From an uncultured Acidobacteriota bacterium (GTDB taxonomy: Bacteria > Acidobacteriota > UBA6911): DNA of 64,000 nucleotides. Below the pieces are notes generated by a model that was given only the letters and a program-made list of their open reading frames with translations, searched no databases and was not told the DNA's origin. Position 1 is the stretch's first letter. Every line of letters begins with the position of its first letter. The translations under genes were made by a program, and so were the position numbers. Below are positions 30,891-42,935 of the stretch, one piece after another. The stretch is from assembly GCA_963827655.1 (NCBI GenBank), contig CAWHCF010000031.1, positions 152,845 to 216,844 on the forward strand, written 5' to 3'.

Positions 30891-33800
30891 ATGGGTCTCG
30901 CCAAGTTATCTCCCATCTGCTTCTGCCTGGCTGCCACGTTGAGCTGGGCCCAGAGTCAGTTCGCGACCGTGAACGGAACCGTTACCGACGCGAGCGGTTC
31001 GATCGTGCCCGGCGCCGTTATCCGCGTGGTCAATTTACAGACCGGCGAGAACTGGAGCGCGATCAGCAATGACAGCGGAAACTACGTCTTCCCCCTGGTC
31101 AAGCCGGGCGTGTACCGTTTGACGGCGGAGCAGACCGGCTTCAAGCAGTCGGAGCAGACAGGCATTGAGCTGGAAACGGGAATGCAGGTTCGCATCGACG
31201 TGAAGCTGGAGATCGGGACCGTAAGCGACCGGGTCGTCGTAGAGGCGGCCGCACCACTACTGCAGTCCGAGAGTTCGGCGGTGGGCGCCGTGGTAGAGAA
31301 TCGCACCATCATCAACATGCCGCTGATCGACCGGCGCGCGGCACAGCTGGCGCGGCTGAACGGCTTCGTCGTTCAGGTAGGCACCGGCTCCAACTTCACC
31401 ATGGCCGGCGGCCGAGGGCGACAACTCGATGTGGCTCATCGACGGCGGCAATGCCCAGAACGTGCTGCTCGGCGTTCAAACCCTGACCTTCGACCCGCCG
31501 ATCGAGTCGCTCCACGAGTTCAACGTCTCGATCAGCAACTATTCCGCGGAGCTGGGCCGCACCGGAGGGGGTGTCGTGCAGTTGACGACGAAATCCGGCA
31601 CCAACCAGCTCCATGGCTCGGCTTACGAATATCTGCGGAACGATGCGTTGGATGCGCGCAACTTCTTTGCCGCCAGCAAACCGAAGCTGCGCTACAACCT
31701 TTTCGGGGCGAGCGTGGGGGGGCCGATCCGGCAAGACAAGACGCACTACTTCTTCAACTACGAGGGCCTGCGGGTGAAGAGCGAGGCCACACGGATTCTG
31801 AACATCCCCACTTCGGCCGAGGTGCGGGGAGACTTTTCGGCGAGCGCGGTGGTGATCCGTGACCCAGCAGCGCCAGGGCGTCCGCAGTTTCCGGGAAACA
31901 TCATCCCTGCGAGCCGCCTCGACCCGATCGGGATGCAGCTGGCGGCGTTCTATCCGGAGCCAAACGTCCCGGGCCGCCCCTCGGGCAGCAGTAACTTTCG
32001 CGCCAACCAGCCCACCAGCAATCCTGCCGACAGCTGGGTAGGGCGCATCGATCACATCTTTTCCCAGAACGACCGTCTCTATGGTCGGCTCCTTGCCCGC
32101 ACCAGCCGGAACGATGAATTCCCCATCTTCCCGACACCGGGAACCGACGAGTTTCACCGCATCCGCGAGAATTCTTACTACAATGCCTCCGCCACCTGGT
32201 TCCACAGCTTCACGGCCAGGACCATCAATGAATTCCGGTTTACCTGGGACCGCCGCAAGTTCATCAATCGCACCGGGGGCGCGCTCTCGGGCCTCAACGG
32301 GCAGCTTGGCCTCAAGGGTGTTGATCCAGACTTCTTCCCGCGGATCACGATTACCGGCTTCAGCGGTCTGGGGAACACTTCCAATCAGGAGCGGCTGCAG
32401 GTCCCTATTCGAACCAACCACTACGCGGACAGCGTTAGCCACATCCGCGGGAACCACCGACTCAAAGCCGGGTTCGAATGGCGTTCTGGCCTGAATGATG
32501 ATCAGAACCGTAACCGTGCTGGAGGGGATTTTACCTTCAACGACGTCGCGACCGGCAGTTCGCTGGCTTCGCTGCTGCTAGGGTGGGTACAGCGAGGTGT
32601 GCGCGACGAGGCGCTCTTGATCCGAAGCCGGGCGGGCACGGCGGGCGCGTTCATCCAGGACGACTGGAAAGTGACCCCCACATTCACCCTGAACCTCGGG
32701 TTACGCTGGGATCTTGACCAACCGCGCTGGGAATCAATCGATAACCGTCAAAATTCTTTCGACCGGTTCGCCCTTAACCCTGTTTCCGGTACTCCGGGCG
32801 TGGTCACCTTCTCCGGCCGCAACGGCTTGAGCCAGTATGCCCACAATTTTGACAAAAACAATTTTGGCCCGCGCGTGGGTTTCGCCTGGCGAGTGCGCGA
32901 TAACTGGATAATCCGCGGAGGAGGAGCGGTAGTTTTCCTGGGTGCTTACGATCAGGCCACGCCGCTGGTCGCAAACCTCGGCTTTAGCATTCAAGGGGAC
33001 TTTCTTTCGCCGGACAACGGGCTGACTCCGGCGTTTCTGCTGCGGGATGGACTTCCCCCGATCAGCACGCCTTCGGAAGCCGATCTAACGCCAGGCTTCG
33101 GAGCGGTGCCAGCCGGTCAGAGTCCCAACGTAGCCGTGGAGTTTTTCGAGCCCGACCGCGCCAACGGCTACATGGAGACTTTCAATCTGAACATCCAACG
33201 CCAGATCACGCAAAACTTCCTGGTTGAGATTGGCTATCTGGGAACGCTCGGCCACAAGCTGCCGGCGCCGGGCTCGCTCACGCTCAACCAGGTGCCTCTC
33301 GAGCTCATGGGTCCTGGCAACACGCAGGTCCGCCGACCCTTCCCTCAATTTTCGGATGTCACGGTGCTGGCGCCGGGAGTCGGTAACTCCAACTATCACG
33401 GAATGAACTTCCGAGTGGAGAAGCGCAATTCGCGCGGATTGTATTTTCAGGCCAATTACACCTGGTCACGGCTCATCGACGACGTCGAATCGCGGAATGA
33501 GCTGGGCGGGAGCGCAGGAAACGGTTACTCGAACTCTTACGACCGGCGCGCCGACCGCGGGCTGGCCGGTAATCACATTTCCCACCGTTTCATATGGAGC
33601 TCGATCTATGAGCTCCCGGTCGGCGCGGGCAAGAGGTTCGCTCCCGGGAACCGTATCCTGAATGGCATGGTTGGAGGATGGTCCTTCGGGCTGATCGCCG
33701 AGTTTCGCACTGGCCCTCCGTACGGGGTCATCGAGCAGGTCAACCGAACCAATGCGTTTTCCCCGTCCCAGCGCCCCAACTTGCTCGGCGATCCTGAACT

Positions 33801-34131
33801 GCCGGGCGACCGCTCACGCGCCGAGGCAGTCGAGCGATGGTTCAACACCGGCGCCTTCGCCCAGCCCGCGCAGTTCGCATTTGGCAATGCCGGGAGGACC
33901 GTGGGCTACGGCCCCGGCGCCGTGATCATGGATCTGTCGATCTTGAAAGACTACCCGATCCATGAGGCGCATCGCCTGCAGTTACGCTGCGAAATGCTGA
34001 ATTTTATCAACCACGCCAACTTCGGCCTTCCCAACCTGAATCGAGGCAGCCCAGCCTTCGGTCGAATCACGACTCTGATTGCAGGCAATGAGGCTCGAAT
34101 CATTCAACTGGGATTGCATTACAAGTTCTGA
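30891..34131 (+). CDS. Oar-like TonB-dependent receptor (indel near 31420)
   Basis: Signal peptide, carboxypeptidase-regulatory-like domain, TKSGTNQLHG, QDDWK, C-terminal RIIQLGLHYKF. Confidence 0.88.
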
Positions 34132-34258
34132 CCCGCCGGGAAGAGGACTTCGAAGTTTCAGGCAAAACGCCCGCCCCGGTGAAATACCTGGAGTCCGCGG
34201 CCATTGTCTGGTGGCGGCTTCGGGCCGCACTTGTTTTCAACTATCGAAGGAGGAGAAG

Positions 34259-35491
34259 ATGGCCGGACAAAACACCAATCGCCGATCGTTTCTGCGCACG
34301 GCGCTCATCGGTTCAGCAGCGCTGACACTCCATGAAAAGGCCAACGCCGAGCTCGCCAGGATGAAAATCACCCGGATCCGTTACTACGAATCCCCGATCA
34401 GCCGGCCCATATTCAACCAGAGCTTTCATGTGGTTACCGTCGAAACCGACAAGGGCATTACGGGCGTCGGTGAAGGCGGCTCGCTCGACACGATCCGCCA
34501 GTGCGGCGCCCTCCTGATTGGCGAGGATCCCACCCGTATCGAACATCTGTGGCAGTACATGTATCGCGCATACTTCTATCCCCCCGGCCGCGAGAAGATC
34601 CACGCTCAGGGCGCGCTCGATATGGCGCTGTGGGACATCAAGGGCAAGGCGCTCGGCGTGCCCGTTCACCAGTTGATCGGCGGGCTCACGCGCGACTACG
34701 TGGAGTGCTACTCCACCGGCTTTCCTTCCAAGGGCAGCCTGAAGGAAACGGCGCGCGCCTGCGTGGAAGCCGGCTTTCGCGCCTTTCGCACCTCTGTGGC
34801 CGACCCTGGTCAAGGCGCGGGGTTCGTCTCGCAGCAGATGGTGCGCAAGACGCACCAGAACTGCGCCGAGATTCGCGAAGGCGTGGGCAAGGACGGCGAT
34901 TGGTGCATCGACTACCACACCCGGCTCGACTTGCCTGACGCTATTCGCTTGAGTACCTTGATCGAGCCGCTCGAGCCCTACTTTGTTGAAGACCTTGTGC
35001 GCTCGGAGAACCCGGGCGTCTACAAGCAGGTTCGCGCGCAGGTTAAAGTTCCCATCGCCGTCGGGGAACACTTCGCCGATCGCTGGGAACAGAACGAGTT
35101 GATCGAGGGCCGCCTGATCGACTATGCCCGGGTGACGCTGCCCAACTGCGGCGGCATCACCGAGTACCTCAAGATCTCCGCCCTGTGCGAGACCCACTAC
35201 GTCGGCCTCACGCCGCATTTTACCGGCCCCATCGCCGAGGCGGCCCTGGTCCATGTCTGCGGATGCTTCTCCGGTCCCGCATTGATGGAGATGACCGGTG
35301 ACGGGATGCGTGAGATTCCCTATCTGCCGCAAAAGTACGATTTCAAGAACGGGAAGATGTGGCCCAATAGCCGTCCCGGACTCGGCGTCCAGGTCGACCT
35401 CTCGCGCCTGAAACTGCTCGCGGAGGTTACCGAGAAGTCCCAACCGATCCAGCTCTTCCGCAGGCCCGATGGATCGATCACTAACTGGTGA
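34259..35491 (+). CDS. Tat-exported mandelate racemase/enolase-superfamily dehydratase
   Basis: NRRSFL twin-Arg, DMALWDIKGK, metal ligands D(YH), E(D), (G)E. Confidence 0.85.
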   Translation: MAGQNTNRRSFLRTALIGSAALTLHEKANAELARMKITRIRYYESPISRPIFNQSFHVVTVETDKGITGVGEGGSLDTIRQCGALLIGEDPTRIEHLWQYMYRAYFYPPGREKIHAQGALDMALWDIKGKALGVPVHQLIGGLTRDYVECYSTGFPSKGSLKETARACVEAGFRAFRTSVADPGQGAGFVSQQMVRKTHQNCAEIREGVGKDGDWCIDYHTRLDLPDAIRLSTLIEPLEPYFVEDLVRSENPGVYKQVRAQVKVPIAVGEHFADRWEQNELIEGRLIDYARVTLPNCGGITEYLKISALCETHYVGLTPHFTGPIAEAALVHVCGCFSGPALMEMTGDGMREIPYLPQKYDFKNGKMWPNSRPGLGVQVDLSRLKLLAEVTEKSQPIQLFRRPDGSITNW

Positions 35492-35530
35492 GTACAGCCG
35501 GCCTCGCCAGCCCTACTCATCGGGAAGACG

Positions 35531-38500
35531 CTACCAGCTAAGCCTTGCTCCTACCTGAAACGCCCGGGGTCCCCCGGTGCCGAAGATTTGATTAACGCGA
35601 TTCGTGGGCTGGCCGAAATCCGCTTGCTGCACTTGCCCTGGCGCGACCAGCGAATTCAGCGAGTTGGAGTAGCCCGTGAGATTGGCGGTATTGAGGAGGT
35701 TGAATCCTTCCACCAGCAGTGAGATCTTGGCGCGCTCCCGGATCCGGAAAGTACGGGTCAGCCGGAGATCGGTGGAAAAGAAGGTATCCCCTTCGGAGAA
35801 CGTCTCTGGGAGATAGATGACCGGAATCACCTGGTTCTGGGGAGTCCGCTTACGAAAGGTTGCGGTCACATCGGGAGTCGGATAGGCGGCATTGTATTCG
35901 GCCACGGCTCGGCGCACCTCGTCGGGACCCGCACCTCGTCCGAAGCCGTTCCACTTCAGCCCCGGAAGGATGAAGGTGGACGTGCCGTCCCCGTCCATGT
36001 CGATCCCGATGTTGGGATTGCCGGGCGTGGAGCTACGCATGTCGGAGATGGCTGAGATCTGCCAGCCATTCACGATATTGCGAAGCCAGCTCGCTCCAGC
36101 CGTTACCCCGGGCAGGTTCCAGATGCCGCTGAAGACCAGGCGGTGCGGAACATCCCCGCTATTGATGCCGTAGCTCTCGTCAAGGTTTTCGTAGTTGATG
36201 ATCCCGTTCCAGGTGACATAGCGCGACCAGGCGTACGAGGTCGTGAACTGGAAGTCGTTCGAGAAACGCTTGTCGAGCTTGACCAGCAAGCCGCGGTAGC
36301 GGCTGTTCAACGCGGACCGATACTGCAGGATCTGGCCCGTCGAGCAGGGGAACTTCGGAATCGCTGCCTGAGCCGCAGTGCAGATGGGTATCACCGGATT
36401 TCGCACGTAGGTCACGGCGCCGGTGGTCGGATTCACCGCCTGGTCCTTGCTCGCGCGGTTGAAGCGGTTCACGTCTACCTGGTAGAACGTGTCCGCTCCG
36501 CCGAAGTGAACTCCGCGGCGCATCACGAAATCGGCCGACAGAATCAGGTTGCGAGCCACCTCGCGCTGGACGCCCGCGGTTACATGGAAGGTGTAAGAGG
36601 TTGTGAGGTCGCTGTCGAAGATTCCTTCGGCGTTGGTTCCGACTGCCTGCTTGGTGAGGTCGACACCGCGGATTGAAAGGTCCTTTCCATTGTAACCGGT
36701 GGCCGCAAACTGAGAGCGGATGGAGGGAAGCAGGTTCAGGATGTCTTTGCCGGTGGTCGTGGTGGGGACAGTGAAGTTCAGCGTCGCGGGCTGGCCCGGC
36801 TGGCCAAAGTAGGGGTTGGGGAGCCCGGAGCTGGTATTCACGTTCAGGCCGTTGCCCGCCGGTCCGATAAAGGCCCGTTCCGGAAGCCGAGTGTAATTGG
36901 TGTTGGTGGCGCTGTGATAGAGGCCTGAGCCCGCCCGGATTACGGTCTTGTTCTGCTTGTCGACGGACCAGGCGAATCCCAGCGCGGGATCGAAGTTATT
37001 GTAGTCCTGACGCGTAGGCTTCAGATTGCTGCCGAATACCGGCCGAAGGTACTCGGGCTTGTCGAGATCGTGATTGACCAGGTTGTCTTCAAACGACCAC
37101 GCCAGGCCGTAGTTCAGGGTGAACCGTGAGTGCAGGCGCCAGGCGTCCTGGATGTAGAGGCGATAAAAGTTGGTCCGTGAGGCCTTGTCGAAATTATAAG
37201 CCGCCGGCGTGCGCGCATCGCCCACTCCCATGCTGATCGCCCCGCTCACCGGCAGCTTGAGGATGTCCTCGAACGTGGGGATTCCCGCCGAGGTGCTGCG
37301 CAGGGTCTCGGGCAGCGTCGCGTACAGCTCGGGGCTCTGATTGAGGACTGCAGCCGGGCTAAAGAGGTTGAAACTTCCCTGGAACGTCCGCGCCCAGCTC
37401 CCGTGGCCGTAACCGTGTTCCCAGTTTCCTCCGAAGCGGATCCGGTGCATTCCCTTCTGCCAGGTAAAATTGTCGCTCATCTGGTAAGTGCGCAGGATTC
37501 GGTGCTGCGTGACGTTAGGATCGTTCCCGAGTGTCATGCCGAAGCCGCCGATGCGCGGGCCGTTGAGGTCAAAGCAATACAGCGGCTCCGTGCACAGGGT
37601 TTCATCCGGCGGCGCCAGCTGATTGCTGTAATACAAATAGGAGTAGCGGAACTCGTTCACGGTGCGCGGCGTCAGGACGCTTGTAAGGCCCATCAGTGCC
37701 TGTGCGGCATAATTACGGCTCGCGATCCATGTGGACTCCAGATTGGCCCCGCCCGAGAGATTGTCATTGGTGTCCATCGAGAAGCGCAGGAAGCTGTTGT
37801 GCTTGTCGGTCAACTTGTAATCGGTCCGGACGTTCCACAGCTTCCCGATGAACGGCTGCTGGCCGATGTGGTTGTAGCCCGCGAACAATGGGTTGCTGAA
37901 CGAGATGGCGCGCGCGCCGACCTGGTTGGTGTACTCGAAGTTCGTAAACCAGAAAAGCCTGTCTTTTCGCAACGGACCCCCGACGTCGAAACCGCTTTGC
38001 CGGCGTGCGAAGAAAGGATCCTCGAGACTGAGCGCGAACCTGCGGATCTTCGCAGCCCGGACTCACAGCACGTGGATCGCAGGGGCGCGCGAATCCGGGA
38101 AACGCGGCCATGTTGTGGTCGCGGAAAAAATAGAATCCGCTGCCGTGAAGGTCGTTGGAACCGGTGCGCGACACAATGTTCACTGCCCCGGTCGCAGTCC
38201 CGCCGGTCGAGAGGTCGAAGTTGAAGCTGGAGAGCTGGAATTCTTCCACGGTTTCCTGCGAAAAGTTCTGGGCTGTTCCTCCCGTGACGCGATCGAGCAC
38301 TGAAGCTCCGTCGACCGAGATACGGGTCATAGCCTGTGGCGCTCCCGCGATCGAAACTCGGAAATAGTTGTTGGGCCCGCCGGGACCGGAGTTGGGGGTG
38401 TATTCGACCGCGACGCCGGGTTCGAGCGCGGCGAGCGAGAGGAAGCTGCGGCCGTTCAGCGGCAGGTTCTCGATCTGCTCCCGCGTGACCACGCCATCGA

Positions 38501-38906
38501 TCTTGTACTCGGTGAGGTTGACCTGTGCGGTGCTGCTCGCAACCTGAATGATCTCAGTCGCGACTCCCACCTTCAGGTTGAAGTCGGCGTTCGAGTGAGA
38601 TCCGGTCAGGACTGTAACCTCCTGGACCTGGGTCTGAAAACTCGAGACCTCGGCTTTGACTGCGTAAGTACCGGCCGCGAGATTGGAAACCAGGTAGCTT
38701 CCGGTGTCGTCCGCAGTGACCTGCCGCGAGACCCCCGTGGATTTATTGGTCACCGTGAGGGTAACCCCGGGGATGAGGGCCCCCGACTCGTCTTGGATCG
38801 TTCCGCGGATGCCTCCAGTGGTGGTTTGAGCCCGGCCCAGGTAGGGGAAGGCGATGATTACAGCGAGGATCGCAAAGAGACACCACTCCCTGTCACAGGA
38901 TTTCAT
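35531..38906 (-). CDS. Oar-like TonB-dependent receptor (indel near 38000-38040)
   Basis: Signal peptide, LPLNGRSF, EEFQ, QDAWR, C-terminal PRAFQVGARLSW; GGAGG RBS. Confidence 0.88.
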
Positions 38907-39312
38907 AGTCCTCCTTCGATCGGGCTGCGAGTCTTGGGGACTCCGCCCTTGCCCACTCAAGTAAACAGTTCAGGCGCCCGCGACTGGATGGCGCGTGCGC
39001 CGCCAACGGTGCCGAAGACCGGCGCCGTCAGGCGCTCCTTGTTGACGATTGGCCAGGGATCGATGTCGGACGACAGGGTGAGACCCCTTCGAACTCACCC
39101 TTCAAGGCTCAAAGCCTTCGGCAAGAGTTAACCGGGCGCCGTTCACGTTCCTGGGACCGGATGCGTATAAACTTAACTATTGAGACAAGCCGCGCCTTCT
39201 TCGAATTAAGAAGGGCTCGTAATATGAAGCTATCTATAAGATCACGTGAGACTGTGCTGTCAAGCGGCTAGCCTCAGTGTTTCTTTGTGTCTTCGAGTCT
39301 TGGCGGGTAGGC

Positions 39313-40551
39313 TCAGGTCGAGGTCGTTGCGGAGCGCTCGAAGCGGTAGCCCTTGGGGATGACGGTGATGCCCCGGTCCGAAACCGTGAAGCGCTCGCTA
39401 TCGCGGGCCTTATCAAAGCCGATTCTTTCGCCCGGGGGCACGCACACATTCTTGTCGATAATACATCGCCGCAGCTGCGATCCCTCCTGAACGGTGACAC
39501 CCTGAAACAGGACTGAACTTTCGATTATGGCTCCTTCTTCCACCCTCGCCTTGGGGAAGAGAATCGAGTGGCGCACGCTTCCGCCGCTGATAATCGTGCC
39601 CGACGCCAGCATGCAGTTGACGATTTCCGCTTCTCGCCCCGATTTGCCGGGCACGGTGCGAGCCGGCGGATGCTGCCCCTCGTAGGTGCGAATCGGCCAG
39701 TCGCCCTGGTAAAGATTAATGGCGGGATGGGCATGCAGCAGGTCCATGTTGGCCTCGTAATAGGCATCAATGGTGCCTACATCACGCCAGTAGCGGTCCG
39801 GTGTAACCCGGCCGAGCGTGCCGCCGAATCGATAGGCGACAACCCGGTGGTTGCCCACGATCGACGGAAGGATGTCCTTGCCGAAATCGTGGGAGGAGCT
39901 GCTGCTGTGATCCCTGTGCAAAAGCTCCGACAACAGCTCGAGCGAAAAGACGTAGACTCCCATCGAGGCCAGGGCATGCGACGGGTCGTCCGGCAGCGGC
40001 TTCGGGTTTGCCGGCTTTTCATCGAAGCAGACCACCCGGTCGCGTCCATCTATGGTCATGACCCCGAACGCATTCGCCTCCTCAAGCCCGACGGTCAGGC
40101 AAGCCACGGTGAGATGGGCTCCGGCGTCATGGTGATACTGCAACATGGCGGCGTAATCCATCCGGTAGATATGATCGCCCGAAAGAATCAGCGCGTAGTC
40201 GGCGCCGCTGCGCTCCAGAAGATAAAGATTCTGGTAGATGGCATCGGCGGTTCCGCTGTACCACGACTCGCCCGTCCGCATCTGCGGCGGCACGGGAGTG
40301 ATGTATTCGCCCAGCTCGGAGTTGTAGATCGACCAGCCATCCCGCAGATGTTTCTGCAGCGAATGCGACTTGTACTGGGTGAGGACCAGAATCCGGCGCA
40401 GGCCGGAGTGGATGCAGTTGCTGAGCGTGAAGTCGATGATGCGGTACCTTCCCCCGAAAGGCACCGCCGGCTTGGCCCGGTCAGCAGTCAGCGGATGGAG
40501 GCGTGAACCAGCTCCGCCCGCCAAGATGATGCTGATGGTTCTCTCCTGCAT
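39313..40551 (-). CDS. glgC: Glucose-1-phosphate adenylyltransferase
   Basis: LAGGAGSRL, RAKPAVPFGG, SGDHIYRMDY, YWRDVGT. Confidence 0.96.
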   Translation of the reverse strand: MQERTISIILAGGAGSRLHPLTADRAKPAVPFGGRYRIIDFTLSNCIHSGLRRILVLTQYKSHSLQKHLRDGWSIYNSELGEYITPVPPQMRTGESWYSGTADAIYQNLYLLERSGADYALILSGDHIYRMDYAAMLQYHHDAGAHLTVACLTVGLEEANAFGVMTIDGRDRVVCFDEKPANPKPLPDDPSHALASMGVYVFSLELLSELLHRDHSSSSSHDFGKDILPSIVGNHRVVAYRFGGTLGRVTPDRYWRDVGTIDAYYEANMDLLHAHPAINLYQGDWPIRTYEGQHPPARTVPGKSGREAEIVNCMLASGTIISGGSVRHSILFPKARVEEGAIIESSVLFQGVTVQEGSQLRRCIIDKNVCVPPGERIGFDKARDSERFTVSDRGITVIPKGYRFERSATTST

Positions 40552-40858
40552 GGCGGTCGTGGATCCGATCTACCAACGGATCCTTCGAAGATAAGGAGAA
40601 TCGGCGGCGATTGCAACCAATTCCGGAGGTACCGGCGACGCTGGGATGCTGCAGCCCTCCAGTTTACTTAGATCCAGATCGGGCGCGGAGGGAAGCTCTT
40701 GAGGTTGTGGCTCAATTTCCCTTGGTATTCATCTGCCCACGCGAAAATCAAAAGAGCCTTGATGGTGGCGCCGGCGCAGGGCGACTCGGTCATCAGTATG
40801 TTTGCAGATACGTACCGGTTCTCGTTCCTGCTTTTTCGACGAAATGACCTCTCCATCC

Positions 40859-41287
40859 TTAAAACGGTTCCCCGCCTTCTCGAGGCGGAATCCAGATCAT
40901 CGCGAAACAATTCCCGGATGGCGCCGCTTCTTTCGCCTCGACTTGATTACGCAGATCGCAGTCGAAACGCGTGCTGAAAGAGACCCTCCCCTGGGGAAAC
41001 CATTTCTTTTCTCCCTCCGGCGCCTCGCGCCAGAACCGGCAATTGTAGTTTGCATTATTGATCAGCTTGGCGAATTCGAGCCGTTGCGCGCCCGCTTTCA
41101 CGCCATAGGCGTGGCCCGCCACTTCAAGAAGATTGTCACCCGACTTGATCTGGTAGAAACGCCCCGGCGTTGGTCTGAGCTCCGGTCTGGGCGCGAGGAC
41201 TGGGCCGGTCCCGGTCCTCAGTATCCGATTCCCGAATGATCGGCCGACCTCGCCCTTTGTTGGCCCTTCTCGGTCTTTGGAATGCAT
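40859..41287 (-). CDS. LysM-like domain protein
   Basis: FYQIKSGDNLLEVA..YG..INN and distal IWIP resemble a LysM fold with an insertion. Confidence 0.55.
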   Translation of the reverse strand: MHSKDREGPTKGEVGRSFGNRILRTGTGPVLAPRPELRPTPGRFYQIKSGDNLLEVAGHAYGVKAGAQRLEFAKLINNANYNCRFWREAPEGEKKWFPQGRVSFSTRFDCDLRNQVEAKEAAPSGNCFAMIWIPPREGGEPF

Positions 41288-41330
41288 CGCTGCCTCGACT
41301 TACAATGCGCTGTTGCCTGACAATGAATGC

Positions 41331-42382
41331 CTATGGCCTCGGCGTATAACGGATCTCTTCGGGCTTCTTTGGGAAGAAAGCCCGAGCGTGATCTTGCAGG
41401 ACTTTCTCTTTTGCCTCCTCGAACGCGGAGTCACTGGGGAATTTGAGCTGCAAAATTTCATTCCATCGGGCGGAGATCACCCGAAGCACCAGGCGGAGCT
41501 CGAAGTACGGCCCCACAGCCCCCGGGACGATCTTCGACTCCGGGTCGACGGTGTGGTCCACTGGGAACTCCGTGTTCAAAAACACATCGAGTGGTTCGCC
41601 CAGCTTGAGGCCGTCTACCTGTCGATTCCACGCTTCAATGGCTTTTTCGTCGAGCCTTCTGAAATTCCACCTGCTCTCTGATGAGGTCGCTGAAGACAAA
41701 GTGTTCCAGATAGGTGCGACGACGCTTGCCTGGGAAGAAGTCGCGCTCCACTGCCCATCGTTCGGTCGAGGCTCGAACGAAGTCGATTTTGCCTTTGGAG
41801 GCGGTTTTGATCTCCGAAAGGATTTTATTGGTCTGCTTCCGGGTCTCTAGTTCTTCATCAATGGCGGCGCTGATTCGTTCGGCCCTTGTCGCGTTGGAGG
41901 GCAACTTGATAAGGCGGGTGACGCGATTGAAGGCGTGAGTCGTTTCGTGAGCGACTCTTTCAGTAATCTTCGGCAATCTTAATGGTATCGCCGCCGAAAC
42001 CTGCGTCAATGAAGATGAAGTCGCAAAGGCGGCAGGCGGAAGTAAAGTTTTCGGGCGAACCAGCCTGTTCAAAACGGTTCCCTGTTTCTGAGGCAAGACC
42101 GCTGATCGCCAGCACACGGCGACCAACAAATGGGCCGCTGGTCAGCACACCATCTCCACTCGGGTTCCACTTGCTTTGCCAGGACTCGGGGGCAGTATGA
42201 AAGGCGACGTAATGGCGGTCGAGTTCGCGAGCCATCCGCATGAACGTGGCCGACGTTCTGAGCAGCGTCACCAACTGGAGAGGCAGCTTGCGTTCGTCGG
42301 TAAAACTCTTGAATTCAGTTCCGAACTCCCCGGATGTTAATCTGGGCTCTTCGCTGGCCGGCGCTCCATTCACTGGCGTCAT
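41331..42382 (-). CDS. Putative HExxH zinc metallopeptidase-like protein reconstructed from three frames
   Basis: Overlapping co-directional ORFs 41960-42466, 41635-42129 and 41331-41699; VAHETTHAF followed by IDEE. Confidence 0.5.
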
Positions 42383-42935
42383 CTTCGCCCTTTCCAATGT
42401 CCCGAATGGTACTGCGTGCCTCCTATGAACGGCGGTACGGTCCTGAGAGCGATCACGCAATGGCATCCAGTTAAGAAGAGAGATTGACGGAACAAACCGA
42501 AGTAATGGAACTCATCATATTGACTCCATTGACTGCTCGCAGGTTCTTGTCTGCGGATTATACCCGACAAGGATTCCGGGGGTATGGAATTTGCCTACTC
42601 ATGCTTGAAGCGCTCGCACAACCTGGCTGGAATCGGCGGGCCATTCCCCTTATAGGTGCGAATTCGCGAGTTGCCGCAGAGAGTCTCGAGTTTGGATGAC
42701 CTCTCGGGGCTTCCTCTGGGTGCAGTCGGCTGGGGTTAAAGCCGGAGCAGGCTTCGGCGGGCCCCACGGTCCTGTCCTTAGATTTGGATCAGGTTTTCTG
42801 GCGGGCTCGAGAACGCCCGCGCCAAACTTTCGCGTTTAGCTCGATTTCACAACTGGTCGATATGAACTTCTCATCCAGGTCTCGATTGCTTGTTTCCGGC
42901 ACCTGCCACCGCGATCGTAGACGCGTGTTAGGCCA

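Noticed and set aside
42580-42595. Sigma54-like GGGTATGGAATTTGCC on the + strand
   Set aside because: No credible gene downstream in that orientation.
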